A stretch of 64,000 bases of DNA from Thecamonas trahens ATCC 50062 (taxonomy: Eukaryota > Protista > Apusomonadida). The notes below the pieces were generated by a model. That model made no database searches and had not been told where the DNA came from. It saw only the letters and a program-made list of their open reading frames with translations. Shown piece by piece: positions 54,934 to 64,000 of this stretch. Made by a program: the position numbers and the translations under genes. The stretch lies in assembly GCF_000142905.1 (NCBI RefSeq), contig NW_013657661.1, positions 62,001 through 126,000 of the forward strand, given 5' to 3'. Positions within the stretch are counted from its first letter, which is position 1, and every line of letters starts with the position of its first letter.

Positions 54934-57900
54934 ATGCTCGCACCACTACGGAGCATACTGCGCTACCTGTGCTTCCTCTACATCCGACTCTTCCTCACCA
55001 CCTACGTGGAGGAGACGGTGGAGCTGACCGACGCACGACGATGGCAGGCACCGCCTGGATCATCCCCTCCACCCGATGGCCCTCAGCCGGACACAGACAC
55101 AGAGCCAGACACAACAGAACCATACAAGGATCAAGATGCAGATACTCTGCTGTCACCGCCATCAACAGCGCCGCAACCCTCCACCCGCCTCTCCCTCCCG
55201 ACTTGGCCATCGTCCGTCTCACCCGACGACCATGCCGCCGACGACGACGACGCCATCATCCACCCTTCAGCCTCCCGGCTCACGCCGTCATCGCTCTCAG
55301 GATACTTGCTCAACGCACTGCCGGCCTCCATACACACCCCGAATCGGACTCCAACCCGGACGCCGTCCATCGTCCGCAGACTTCCGGCCGCCCCGCTCGC
55401 CGCGCCCGTCGTCACCCCGACAAGTTCGGGCTGCCTCTATCTCGTTTGGTCCGCCTCACCCGAGGCTGACGAGGCCAACGAGCCGGACGAGCTGCATGCT
55501 GTCGATCCGCTCGTTGTCCTCACCCACCTCCCGCGTGTTGTCCACACCTCGGTCTTCCTTGCCCCAACTTTTGCCGCCACCGCCACCCCGTTCATCCGCT
55601 GGGTCCTCGCCGGCGCATCGGTCGTCACAGCCGATCCGACGACATCGCCGCTTCGCCACATCGCCTCGGCCATTGTCGCCCGCCTCGCCGCCGGCGACGA
55701 CGTCGTCCTCGGCTCGCTCGGCCTCGAGCAAGCCACACACCGCGAGCTTCTCACCCACGTCCTAACCCTCACTGCCAACGAGTCCCTCACGCCTGCCATC
55801 GTCCCGGTCACCTGCCTCCATGTCCGCACCTCGGCCACTCGCCGCCGCATATTCTTGGTCTTTGCCGAGCTCATTGCGCCCGAGCCCGAACTTGCTGCGT
55901 CTGACCTCGCCGCTGCGCTCTGCGCCATGTACATCCCGTCCACTTCCGGTGCCTCCTCGTCGGTCCTCGGCCTCACCCGCGATCACCTCTCGCTCTGCCA
56001 AGCCACGCTCAAGCTCTTGCCCGACCTCGCCCGCGGCGCCGGGTCCGGCGGCACCGCGCCCTGGTGCTACACCCTCCGTCGCTTCACGCACGGCCAGCGC
56101 GCCGCCATCATTCGCAAGGTCGGCGCCCTCCTCGTCTCTCGCTCTTCGACACCCCACGTCACTGCCTTTGAGTCGTCCACCCTCACCTACCTTGCCGAGC
56201 TCGACGGCATGGGTGTCCGCGACGCCGAGGTCTCGCGCCAGCTCACCGGCCCGGCTCTTGTCGTCCGCCTCGTCAAGGCCCTGGCCGTCTCGCTCGTCCT
56301 CGCTCCGCTCTCCATCGCCGGCGTCGCCTCGCTCCTCCCGGTCTCCGCCGCCGTCTCGCTCGCCGCTCGCCTCACCTCGCACGACGCCGCCGCACCTCGC
56401 CTCCGCCACTCCATTCACGTCTTTTCGCTCTGGCACCTCCTCTACTCGCTCGCCACATGGTACCTTCTCGGCTGGTCTGCCCTCGCCGCCTCGCTCCTCG
56501 TCCTCCCGTTTGTCGGCTACCTCTTCACCCTCTCCACCCACGCCGTTCTCCAGCTCGCCGCCGCTGTCTCGTCCGTCGGTCTCATGCTCCGATCCGGCTC
56601 GGCTTCCGCCGGCATTGTCAAGCTCCGCACCCTCCGCGCGGCCGCTCTCGCCGCGCTCACAGACATGCTTGTTGCCGCTCCGTCGAGGCTCCCGGCCCTC
56701 GTCCGTGCTCCCGCCGCCGCCTCGGGCTACCGCATCAACCCCATGCACATGCTCGCCCACACCGTCCCGCCGCTCGCCCCACTCCCGCCGCTCGCCAACC
56801 GCTTCTACTCGCACGGATCCTTCATGGGCGCCGCACCCGCCCTCCTCGCCTCGCCGCCCTGGGCCGCCGTTCTCGAGGCCCTCATGCCCGATGTTTTTGC
56901 CGACGTCGTTGCCGCTGTCTCATCCCGCGGCGCCACTCGCTCTGCCTCTGTTTCTGGAGTCGTTATGGCTATGCTCGAGAACAACCCGGTCCTCGCCGCC
57001 TTTGGCGCTTCCGCCGACCCAGAGTGGGTCGCCCCGGTCTTTGAGTGGGACGTCTTCATCGACCCGGCCCTCTTTGCGCCCGACTCGCCGCCGCTCCCGC
57101 CGCAACGCATCCTCCACTCGCTTGTCATCGCCCACGGCGCCGCCTCACACCTTGTTGCCGAGCACTTTGGCTTCACCTCGTACGCCTCGGTCGCCTCCAC
57201 ACGCAAGACCGCCGCCGGAGGCGTTGCCGCAGCTGACTGGCTTGATCTCATGCGCCGCGCCCTTGACCTCGCTCCGCTCGCTGCTGCTGCTGCCACCGCC
57301 CCGGGCGATCTCGCCGCCGCAGACCTCGCCGCCGCCCTCGCCACCGTTGCCGCAGAGCCTCGCGTCCCTGGCGACGCCACTTTTCTCAAAGTCACCCCTC
57401 CGCGGCTCGTCGTCCCTGCCATTCGCGCCGCCCTTGGCGACGCCCCGCTTGCCCTTGTCCTCGACGTCAAGTCCTTCACTGCCCCGCCAGATGTCCTCCA
57501 GCTGGTCGTCGACGCCTGCATCGACGTCGGCATTGACATTGCCGGCGTCGGCTCATTCCGCGCTCCGCAGATCTCTTCCCTCACCTCGACCACGCCGCTC
57601 TACTTTTTCCACTTTGCCGGTGATCTGCAGGCCGCCGCCGCTTCGCTCCCTCGCTCCGCCTCGGTCCTCTTCAACGTCGGCTCGCTCATCGAATACTCGC
57701 GCCTCCCATCCTCCTCCTCGTCCAAGCTGGCCTCGTACTCGCTCAACGACAAGGCGCTCGACCAGCTTGCAGACCTCAAGCAGGCCTACGCCCTCCACAT
57801 TGGCCTCTACACTCAAGAATCCGATCTCGACTTTGCCGCCGCCCGCATCATCTTTGAGCTGGCAGACGCCCGTCCGGACCTCTTCGACCTCGGCCTTGCA

Positions 57901-58149
57901 TGGGGCGGCCTCGCCGCCGCCGCCGCTGCTGACATCCTTCCCTCCTTTGTCAAGGGCACCATTGGAACCATGACCCAGGGCGTTGTCGGCAAGGGCTGGT
58001 CCACAAACACCCCAGACGCCCAGATCGTCGCTCTCCAAGCCCAGCACGCCGCCCTCGCCGATCGCGTGTCCAAGCTCGAAGCCGACCTCGCTGCCGTCCT
58101 CGCCACCACCCGCTCCTGCCCCACATGCTGCCCCACGGCTGCGTCCTGA
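54934..58149 (+). CDS. Membrane protein: degenerate glycerol-3-phosphate acyltransferase-like region, TM helices, C-terminal alpha/beta domain of unknown function
   Basis: 1071-aa ORF with strong GC3 bias; AVDPLVV and AIVPVTCLH resemble eroded acyltransferase blocks; C-terminal LVLDVKS, GVGSF, FFHFAGDLQ, VLFNVGSLI, IGLYTQE. Confidence 0.6.
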   Translation: MLAPLRSILRYLCFLYIRLFLTTYVEETVELTDARRWQAPPGSSPPPDGPQPDTDTEPDTTEPYKDQDADTLLSPPSTAPQPSTRLSLPTWPSSVSPDDHAADDDDAIIHPSASRLTPSSLSGYLLNALPASIHTPNRTPTRTPSIVRRLPAAPLAAPVVTPTSSGCLYLVWSASPEADEANEPDELHAVDPLVVLTHLPRVVHTSVFLAPTFAATATPFIRWVLAGASVVTADPTTSPLRHIASAIVARLAAGDDVVLGSLGLEQATHRELLTHVLTLTANESLTPAIVPVTCLHVRTSATRRRIFLVFAELIAPEPELAASDLAAALCAMYIPSTSGASSSVLGLTRDHLSLCQATLKLLPDLARGAGSGGTAPWCYTLRRFTHGQRAAIIRKVGALLVSRSSTPHVTAFESSTLTYLAELDGMGVRDAEVSRQLTGPALVVRLVKALAVSLVLAPLSIAGVASLLPVSAAVSLAARLTSHDAAAPRLRHSIHVFSLWHLLYSLATWYLLGWSALAASLLVLPFVGYLFTLSTHAVLQLAAAVSSVGLMLRSGSASAGIVKLRTLRAAALAALTDMLVAAPSRLPALVRAPAAASGYRINPMHMLAHTVPPLAPLPPLANRFYSHGSFMGAAPALLASPPWAAVLEALMPDVFADVVAAVSSRGATRSASVSGVVMAMLENNPVLAAFGASADPEWVAPVFEWDVFIDPALFAPDSPPLPPQRILHSLVIAHGAASHLVAEHFGFTSYASVASTRKTAAGGVAAADWLDLMRRALDLAPLAAAAATAPGDLAAADLAAALATVAAEPRVPGDATFLKVTPPRLVVPAIRAALGDAPLALVLDVKSFTAPPDVLQLVVDACIDVGIDIAGVGSFRAPQISSLTSTTPLYFFHFAGDLQAAAASLPRSASVLFNVGSLIEYSRLPSSSSSKLASYSLNDKALDQLADLKQAYALHIGLYTQESDLDFAAARIIFELADARPDLFDLGLAWGGLAAAAAADILPSFVKGTIGTMTQGVVGKGWSTNTPDAQIVALQAQHAALADRVSKLEADLAAVLATTRSCPTCCPTAAS

Positions 58150-58164
58150 CCACTGCGCCCTGCT

Positions 58165-61100
58165 TTACCGTTCCAGCGACAGCGCCGTGTGAGGAAAGAA
58201 CGAAGGGTCTCGCCGCTCGAGCTTGGCCAGAACGTACCCTTCACGTCCGGTCAGTTCCAGAAAGTCCTTGCCGCGCAAGTGCTCAAACAGCGCCACGTAC
58301 GCCCACATCGAGTGCTCGCGCTTGACATGGTACACAAATCCGGGCCCATCGCGCGTCAGGTCGTCGCGCGAGAGTCCGCACACAAAGCACTTGTTCTGGA
58401 TGTCGTGCTCCACTGCATGCTTCCGCGTCCGCAGCGCTGCAAACGTGTCCACAATGATGGCGAGGAGGAGGTTGAGGAAGAGGACCACAAACACAAAGTA
58501 GTACGAGAGATCATACGCCACTCGCCCATACGAGTGCATGCGGTCCGGCGTGTACGGATGCAGCACCATCTGGTCGCCGATGCCTCCCGACGAACGAAGC
58601 CCGAGATTCGTCACCGTCACAATGCACTCAAGCAGCGAGGTGCAGTACGAGCTCCCGGCAATGTCAAAGTCGCTACGGAAGAGCACAAAGCCGGCAAGCG
58701 CGTACATGTACATCCACACAAGGCCGAGCACCACAGTCAGTCCGATCGCTTTGGCGTTCACCATGATTGCCAGCGTCACAGACCGCAGCGTCTCGCTCCG
58801 CGTCACAATGTCCAACAAGTGGTACGAGAAGAACGCAGGATGGATCACGTTGCCAAACACCGCAAACGCCACATACAGCAAGTGGAAGCAAAAGAACGGC
58901 TGCCGACACAGATACACCGCAGAACGCACACCCTTCACCGCCGCAGACGCAGGCATCGCCCGCGACCGCCAATATCGTCGCAGCACAAGCGGCGCTTGGG
59001 AGACAAGATAGATGAGAACCACGAGCCCAGACGTAGCCGTCTGCACCCCGCCAAACATCGTGACGCAGATTCGGATAGACTCGCTTCGCCACGTATTGTC
59101 GCGCGATCTCGACTGGAGCCCAACAAGCAGCAGCGCGTTGATCACCACGGCAAGGAGGAGCGACGTGTTCCGCAGCGCCTGCTCGTGCCGCCCCACATAC
59201 CGCCAGAACACAAACGGCTCCAGCCGCGACCGATGGTGCATCTCGTCGAGCAAGTCCTCGGCGCGGTCTAGAAAGTCGCGCAGCCGCGTGTCGTCGCGCG
59301 CCACGTCCCACACAAGCCGCCGCCGCGACCGCTTGTTCAGCAACCGCGCCGCCGAAGGAACCTTGAAGTACATCCGCTCCACGCCCGCATCCCCATGGGC
59401 GATCTCCACAGATGACACCTGCCGCTCAAAGAACGCTCCCACGCCGTCATCAAGCTCCGCAAACAGCGCCTGTAGCTCTGGCGCGTCAGGTGCCTTGTCG
59501 TGGAGGCTGCGGAGGAGGATGTAGCATGCTACTGCCTCTTCAAACTGCGCGTCCGCCGTCGCCGCCGCCGCCGCCGCCGCTGCTGCGGCTGCGCTGCTGG
59601 TCACACTCTGCGAGGTATCGCTCTCCGCCTCGCACCGCCCGCCACCTCCAATCCCGCCCCGGCGGAATGCCGCGCGCGCCTCCTGCTGCCGCGCCTCCCA
59701 TGGCACCGCCTCGCCCGTCACGTCGCGCTCCGTTCGACCTCGCTCGCGCACGCCGTCGCGCTTTCCCTGCTCACCGGCGGCTGCCTCCAGAATCTGCTGC
59801 AGTACATTGACGTTGAGCTTGGAGAGCACGACGCCGTGAACTGGAGGCTCGTCGCAACCAGGCTCAAACCGCCTGGCCCGGCTTGTCGATGATCCCTCCA
59901 CAATCGCTGCCACAGCCGTCAGCGCTGTCTTGCGCAACCGATACACATCGGCCTTGGCGCAGCCGTCCAGCTTGGAGCTCAGCAGCGAGTTGACTACCTC
60001 GATCACCGACGAGTCGGCAAGCACTCGCTGGTTCGCTGGGTTCGGCCCCTGGCAGAGCTCGGCAAGGGTGGCAAACGCTTGGGTTGCCACGTGGATTGTC
60101 GCCGCGCTCACTGATGAAGCCAGCAGCGAGACATACCGCGCGAGTGCCGCAACAACGTTGAACGACCGCACCACGTCGACCTGCTCTCGCAAGTACTCTT
60201 GGAACTCGTGGTGATGGTTTTCACACAGTGCCTGGAGAAGGAGCAGGACCGTAAAGACATGGCCCTCCTCGCCATGCACGTCCTGCCGCTTGTCGCGCGA
60301 CATGATGACTCGCCCACCTTGCCCCGGTTGCTCCTCCAACAAGGACAGCCCACGCCGAAAGTTGAACCGCTGCAGCACCTCGGCCTGCAACAGCCGCGGG
60401 TTCTGCACAAGAAGCGCAGCCTTGTCCTCGATCTCGAACCCGGCCTTGACCAGAAGCTGCTCTAGCCGCCGGAGCAGTGGCACTTGGAACCGGTACACCG
60501 CATTGAGGGGGTGCACCTCGCGCGCGCGGGTGTTCCCGCGCCGCACAAGCCGCTCAAACATCAACTGCTTGTCATGGAGCATCTCGTTGCGCTGCTTGAG
60601 AAACGCCTGCTCCGACGCCAGCCCAGATTCAACGCTCATCGTATCCGACTCGCTCTCGTTCCAACCGTCGCTTCCGTCGCTCCTCGCCTCGCTCCCGGCG
60701 TACAGCTCGTTGGCGAGGTCAGCGCCGGTGTCGAGCAAATCAATCGAAGCCGCCGAGAGCCCGTCCGACTCGCACGACCCGCGACGGCCGCGCTGGAACT
60801 TAACTTCAGCCTCAAGATCGAGCACCGACGTAGCCCCCAGATGGCCGAGAAGATTGGCCGGCCGAGTCACCGCCGCGTACAACGTCGCTTGCACGTCCAT
60901 GTTTCCACCGGCGAGCAGCGCGTGAAGTACCGCGAGGCCGGGGAGGACCAGCGAGCCTTGGCTCGAGACCACAAACTGCACCACCTTGCTTGTCAGCCCC
61001 AGCGAGTCGAGTCGCGCCTGCTCGGCTCGCAGCCGCTCTCGCGACAGCAAATGACTCTCAGTTGGCGATCGCAGCGCAGGGTCGTCGCCGCCCGACGCAA

Positions 61101-64000
61101 CTGTCATCGTCAGCGCCAGCGTCGGTGCAAGTCCGGCAACCAGCGAGTCTGCCACTTTGGTCGAGGCGGACCCGCGATCCTCGCGCGCAGCCCATGTGAG
61201 GATATCGAGACAGAGCTGCGCAAAGTGGACCCCGTGCACACTGTTCCCGGCCTCCGCAAACAGCTCCGTGTGCGAAATGAGGTTCGACAGCGCTCCGTCG
61301 CGCTCACGCGCTCGCATCTCAAACACCAGCTTGGTCCACCCTTGACTCGACCCAGTGTACTCGTCTTTGTAGCTCCGCACAAACCGCCGCAACCCATGTG
61401 CCACCATCTTGGTGATCGCCTTCCACGGCGCGAGCGCATCGCCGCCTCCGCCCAGATCGCCCATCAGCGCCTCAAGCTCCATTCCCTGCGACGCCTCCGA
61501 GTGCTCGATCGACTCCGAGTCGGTCGAAAAGGTGAGGATCGAGTGCGCGTCAAATGATGAGGCCGACGACGACGATGATGACGACGAGACCGCTGACGAC
61601 GACGAGAGCAGACCCTCAAAGTCGCCGTCGCGCCCGCGTACCCGCGCGGACTGAGGGCTCACCATGCCCATCATCTTCACGTCAGCCGCCACTCGCATCG
61701 GCTTTGGGCCGCCGTGATGCGATGGCGTCGACCCGGCCGCCGTCCACGCCAGAACCTGCGCAGCCACTCCCCGTGGCATGACCTGCGCGTAGTGCTGCCG
61801 CATGGCAAAGAGTGTCGACGCCACCGCGTGCACACGCCCCAGCAGCGTCAGATGCGGCCGCGACGCCGTCACGGCTGAGCGGATCATACCCGCAGGCAGC
61901 TCGCCGCTCCGGAGCGCCGGATAAAATGCCTTAGCCTTTTCCAACCAGAAGATAAACAATTTGACAAGCGCGAGTGCTGCGCTGTTGCCCAATCGTGCGC
62001 TCTCGGCGTGCGAGACCAGCACCGGGGCCTGATCCGAGTCGTGAAAGACGACGCGCAGAAAGGCGAGCACGTCCTGGAACACTAACTGGGAGACAACGTC
62101 TTCCACCACCGATGGCGCGTGCGGTCCGTGAGTGTGAACGTGGACATGCGACGAGACAGAGCCTACGTCGCGCGCCCGTGCCCCGTCGGCCTCAAAAAAC
62201 CGCGTCAGCAAACTCGACGCGGTCCCGTGCGCGTCCAGCATCCCGATAGCCTCGCCCACCACCCGTGTCAGTTCGCTTGGAAAGCGCAGAGCCACGTGGC
62301 TCATGTCGTTGTCGACGTAAACCTCACGGAGAAAGTGGAGGTAGGCGCCGCGGACGCGGGCTTGCAACTCTAGTGATCCATACGCGGCCAGCACCCGCGA
62401 GACCACAGTCTCGAGTGGGATCATCATCTGGCATTTGACCTCGGCCAGCCGGTTGGTGTTGGCGCACGAGCCGAGGAGTCGCATCAGCTCGAGGTGGTAC
62501 AGCAGTCTGTCGCCTGACTTGCGGCTTGTCCGAGAAGCGTGTTCCTCAAGAGCGGCAGGCCAGGCATTGTCATCAAGCAAGAGGACAAGAACGGTGGCGT
62601 TCGACGGGTGCTGCAGGAGCGCGAGAACTCGATTCTGCGTCCGCGTAATGGTGTGGTTCATCGCGCAGAGCACACACGCCAGGAACCGCAGGTAGTGCCT
62701 GTGCAGACCGGTGGTTTTGATTTGGTCCAGCGCGTGCTGGAGGACCCGTGTGGGAATGCGGGCACATAGTCCATAGTTGCCCGAATACAGCGCCGCGAGC
62801 GTGAGAGTCGCACCCACCTCCCATCGCGAAGCCGTGACAAGCGCGTCCACGTACGGTACCACCGCAGCTTGGTGGTCCGGCGACCGGCGCACAAACGCCT
62901 CGAGGAACCGAAAGATGAGCCGGAGCACATGGCGAACCGCCCCGTTGTGCTCACTCTTCCTGCTCGCTGTCGCCATCCACGCCTCTCCCACCCGCTGTGT
63001 AAACGTGATCAGCGCAGTGTGGCAGCCGAGGTCAAGCAGGATGTCGCGGTGGCCAGTCTCGCAGAACGCGAGTGCGTCGCGGAGCATGGGAATGACTTCG
63101 GTTTCGAGTCGATCCACCGCCTCAGGGAGTACGACTGGGACCGTCTCCAATGCTGCCAGTCCTACCGCGAGCCGCTGATACTGCGCAATGGCCAGTGGGT
63201 TGACAAGGACCTTGACCGACGCAAGGAGCTCCAACAGCTGTTCGGCCTTGGTAAAATGGGCACATATGAGGCCAAAGGTGGCAACCAGCGGCTCTCCTGA
63301 CGCCCGCGCCGCAAGCTGGAGCAGGCCGCCGGCAAGATCGTCGTCAATGAGGACAGCCGCAAGTGATGATGGCGCCACCGCAGCCGAAGCCCGCAGGTGC
63401 GGCTTCCATCCCGGTGGCCGCAACTTTTGCGGCAGCAGCTCCTCCACTAGCTCGTGGACCGCTGTGGCTTTCAGCGACTGCTCCCGAATGAGATGCATGG
63501 CAGCCCGGACCTGTGCGGTGGTCATCGGCGACGTCTGGTGCGCAACCGCAAGTCCATGGCTCAGCGATGTTGCCGACGTAGCCAGCAAGTCGCTCACGCT
63601 TTGACGCGAGAGGAGCGTGGGCAATGGCGACGGCGCTGGCGACAGATCCCGACTAGCGCCTGCGTTGCTCGCCACAGCCGCGCATGCAGCGTCATTGTCG
63701 AGCACAGTCTGCATGCGAGTGTAGAATAGCTCCAGCAGCGACGTGGCCAAGTCGTTGAGCTGGATCGCCTCCAGCTGCTCGATGGCCTGCACTACCATGA
63801 GCTTGCAGGCCTCGAGCTGCCGCCGGAGCGCGTGGCCAAGAATGCTGGGCAGGACAGCGCTCGATGGGCGGTCGGCAAAGAGCGAAACACGGAGTGAGAG
63901 CTGGTGCATGAGCCCGAGGAATGGGTGCAGCGCGTCGATCGAAGCGGGCGAGAACGGCGTGTACATGCCGAGCTCAATGAGCCGCGTCACCGCCCGAAGG
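58165..64000 (-). CDS. Inositol 1,4,5-trisphosphate/ryanodine receptor family Ca2+ release channel, 5'-truncated by the window
   Basis: LAGGNMDVQ, LQALCENHHHEFQEYLREQ, LAELCQGPNPANQ, pore GLRSSGGIGD, IIVDTFAALR, CFVCGL...HVKREHSMWAY. Confidence 0.93.
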   Translation of the reverse strand, partial: LRAVTRLIELGMYTPFSPASIDALHPFLGLMHQLSLRVSLFADRPSSAVLPSILGHALRRQLEACKLMVVQAIEQLEAIQLNDLATSLLELFYTRMQTVLDNDAACAAVASNAGASRDLSPAPSPLPTLLSRQSVSDLLATSATSLSHGLAVAHQTSPMTTAQVRAAMHLIREQSLKATAVHELVEELLPQKLRPPGWKPHLRASAAVAPSSLAAVLIDDDLAGGLLQLAARASGEPLVATFGLICAHFTKAEQLLELLASVKVLVNPLAIAQYQRLAVGLAALETVPVVLPEAVDRLETEVIPMLRDALAFCETGHRDILLDLGCHTALITFTQRVGEAWMATASRKSEHNGAVRHVLRLIFRFLEAFVRRSPDHQAAVVPYVDALVTASRWEVGATLTLAALYSGNYGLCARIPTRVLQHALDQIKTTGLHRHYLRFLACVLCAMNHTITRTQNRVLALLQHPSNATVLVLLLDDNAWPAALEEHASRTSRKSGDRLLYHLELMRLLGSCANTNRLAEVKCQMMIPLETVVSRVLAAYGSLELQARVRGAYLHFLREVYVDNDMSHVALRFPSELTRVVGEAIGMLDAHGTASSLLTRFFEADGARARDVGSVSSHVHVHTHGPHAPSVVEDVVSQLVFQDVLAFLRVVFHDSDQAPVLVSHAESARLGNSAALALVKLFIFWLEKAKAFYPALRSGELPAGMIRSAVTASRPHLTLLGRVHAVASTLFAMRQHYAQVMPRGVAAQVLAWTAAGSTPSHHGGPKPMRVAADVKMMGMVSPQSARVRGRDGDFEGLLSSSSAVSSSSSSSSASSFDAHSILTFSTDSESIEHSEASQGMELEALMGDLGGGGDALAPWKAITKMVAHGLRRFVRSYKDEYTGSSQGWTKLVFEMRARERDGALSNLISHTELFAEAGNSVHGVHFAQLCLDILTWAAREDRGSASTKVADSLVAGLAPTLALTMTVASGGDDPALRSPTESHLLSRERLRAEQARLDSLGLTSKVVQFVVSSQGSLVLPGLAVLHALLAGGNMDVQATLYAAVTRPANLLGHLGATSVLDLEAEVKFQRGRRGSCESDGLSAASIDLLDTGADLANELYAGSEARSDGSDGWNESESDTMSVESGLASEQAFLKQRNEMLHDKQLMFERLVRRGNTRAREVHPLNAVYRFQVPLLRRLEQLLVKAGFEIEDKAALLVQNPRLLQAEVLQRFNFRRGLSLLEEQPGQGGRVIMSRDKRQDVHGEEGHVFTVLLLLQALCENHHHEFQEYLREQVDVVRSFNVVAALARYVSLLASSVSAATIHVATQAFATLAELCQGPNPANQRVLADSSVIEVVNSLLSSKLDGCAKADVYRLRKTALTAVAAIVEGSSTSRARRFEPGCDEPPVHGVVLSKLNVNVLQQILEAAAGEQGKRDGVRERGRTERDVTGEAVPWEARQQEARAAFRRGGIGGGGRCEAESDTSQSVTSSAAAAAAAAAAATADAQFEEAVACYILLRSLHDKAPDAPELQALFAELDDGVGAFFERQVSSVEIAHGDAGVERMYFKVPSAARLLNKRSRRRLVWDVARDDTRLRDFLDRAEDLLDEMHHRSRLEPFVFWRYVGRHEQALRNTSLLLAVVINALLLVGLQSRSRDNTWRSESIRICVTMFGGVQTATSGLVVLIYLVSQAPLVLRRYWRSRAMPASAAVKGVRSAVYLCRQPFFCFHLLYVAFAVFGNVIHPAFFSYHLLDIVTRSETLRSVTLAIMVNAKAIGLTVVLGLVWMYMYALAGFVLFRSDFDIAGSSYCTSLLECIVTVTNLGLRSSGGIGDQMVLHPYTPDRMHSYGRVAYDLSYYFVFVVLFLNLLLAIIVDTFAALRTRKHAVEHDIQNKCFVCGLSRDDLTRDGPGFVYHVKREHSMWAYVALFEHLRGKDFLELTGREGYVLAKLERRDPSFFPHTALSLER

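Overview
This is gene-dense, GC-rich eukaryotic nuclear DNA from a unicellular protist. The gene content and style (IP3 receptor, FG-GAP multi-TM receptor, PEX6, NOP53, CUL3, sparse GT-AG introns with poly-G/poly-C tracts) resemble the apusomonad Thecamonas trahens, but that assignment is inference. About 24 protein-coding genes lie on both strands, with four N gaps beside G/C homopolymer tracts. I found no rRNA, tRNA, CRISPR array or transposon. Main points: (1) a THNSL2-type threonine-synthase-like PLP enzyme fused to an EutC-like ornithine cyclodeaminase/mu-crystallin domain; (2) 13 reading-frame breaks in 8 otherwise intact genes, each repaired by adding exactly one base (most likely a base-calling artefact; editing or frameshifting not excluded); (3) after repair, a protein with nine Tudor-like domains and its own RGG box, a PSI-GT61 glycosyltransferase and a four-MRH-domain receptor; (4) a CRAL-TRIO pseudogene missed by the ORF track; (5) an F-box/alpha-SNAP-like fusion; (6) a repeated Cys/His metal-binding module; (7) a near-invariant ACTCAC branch-site motif; (8) an AT-rich palindromic 29-bp minisatellite.
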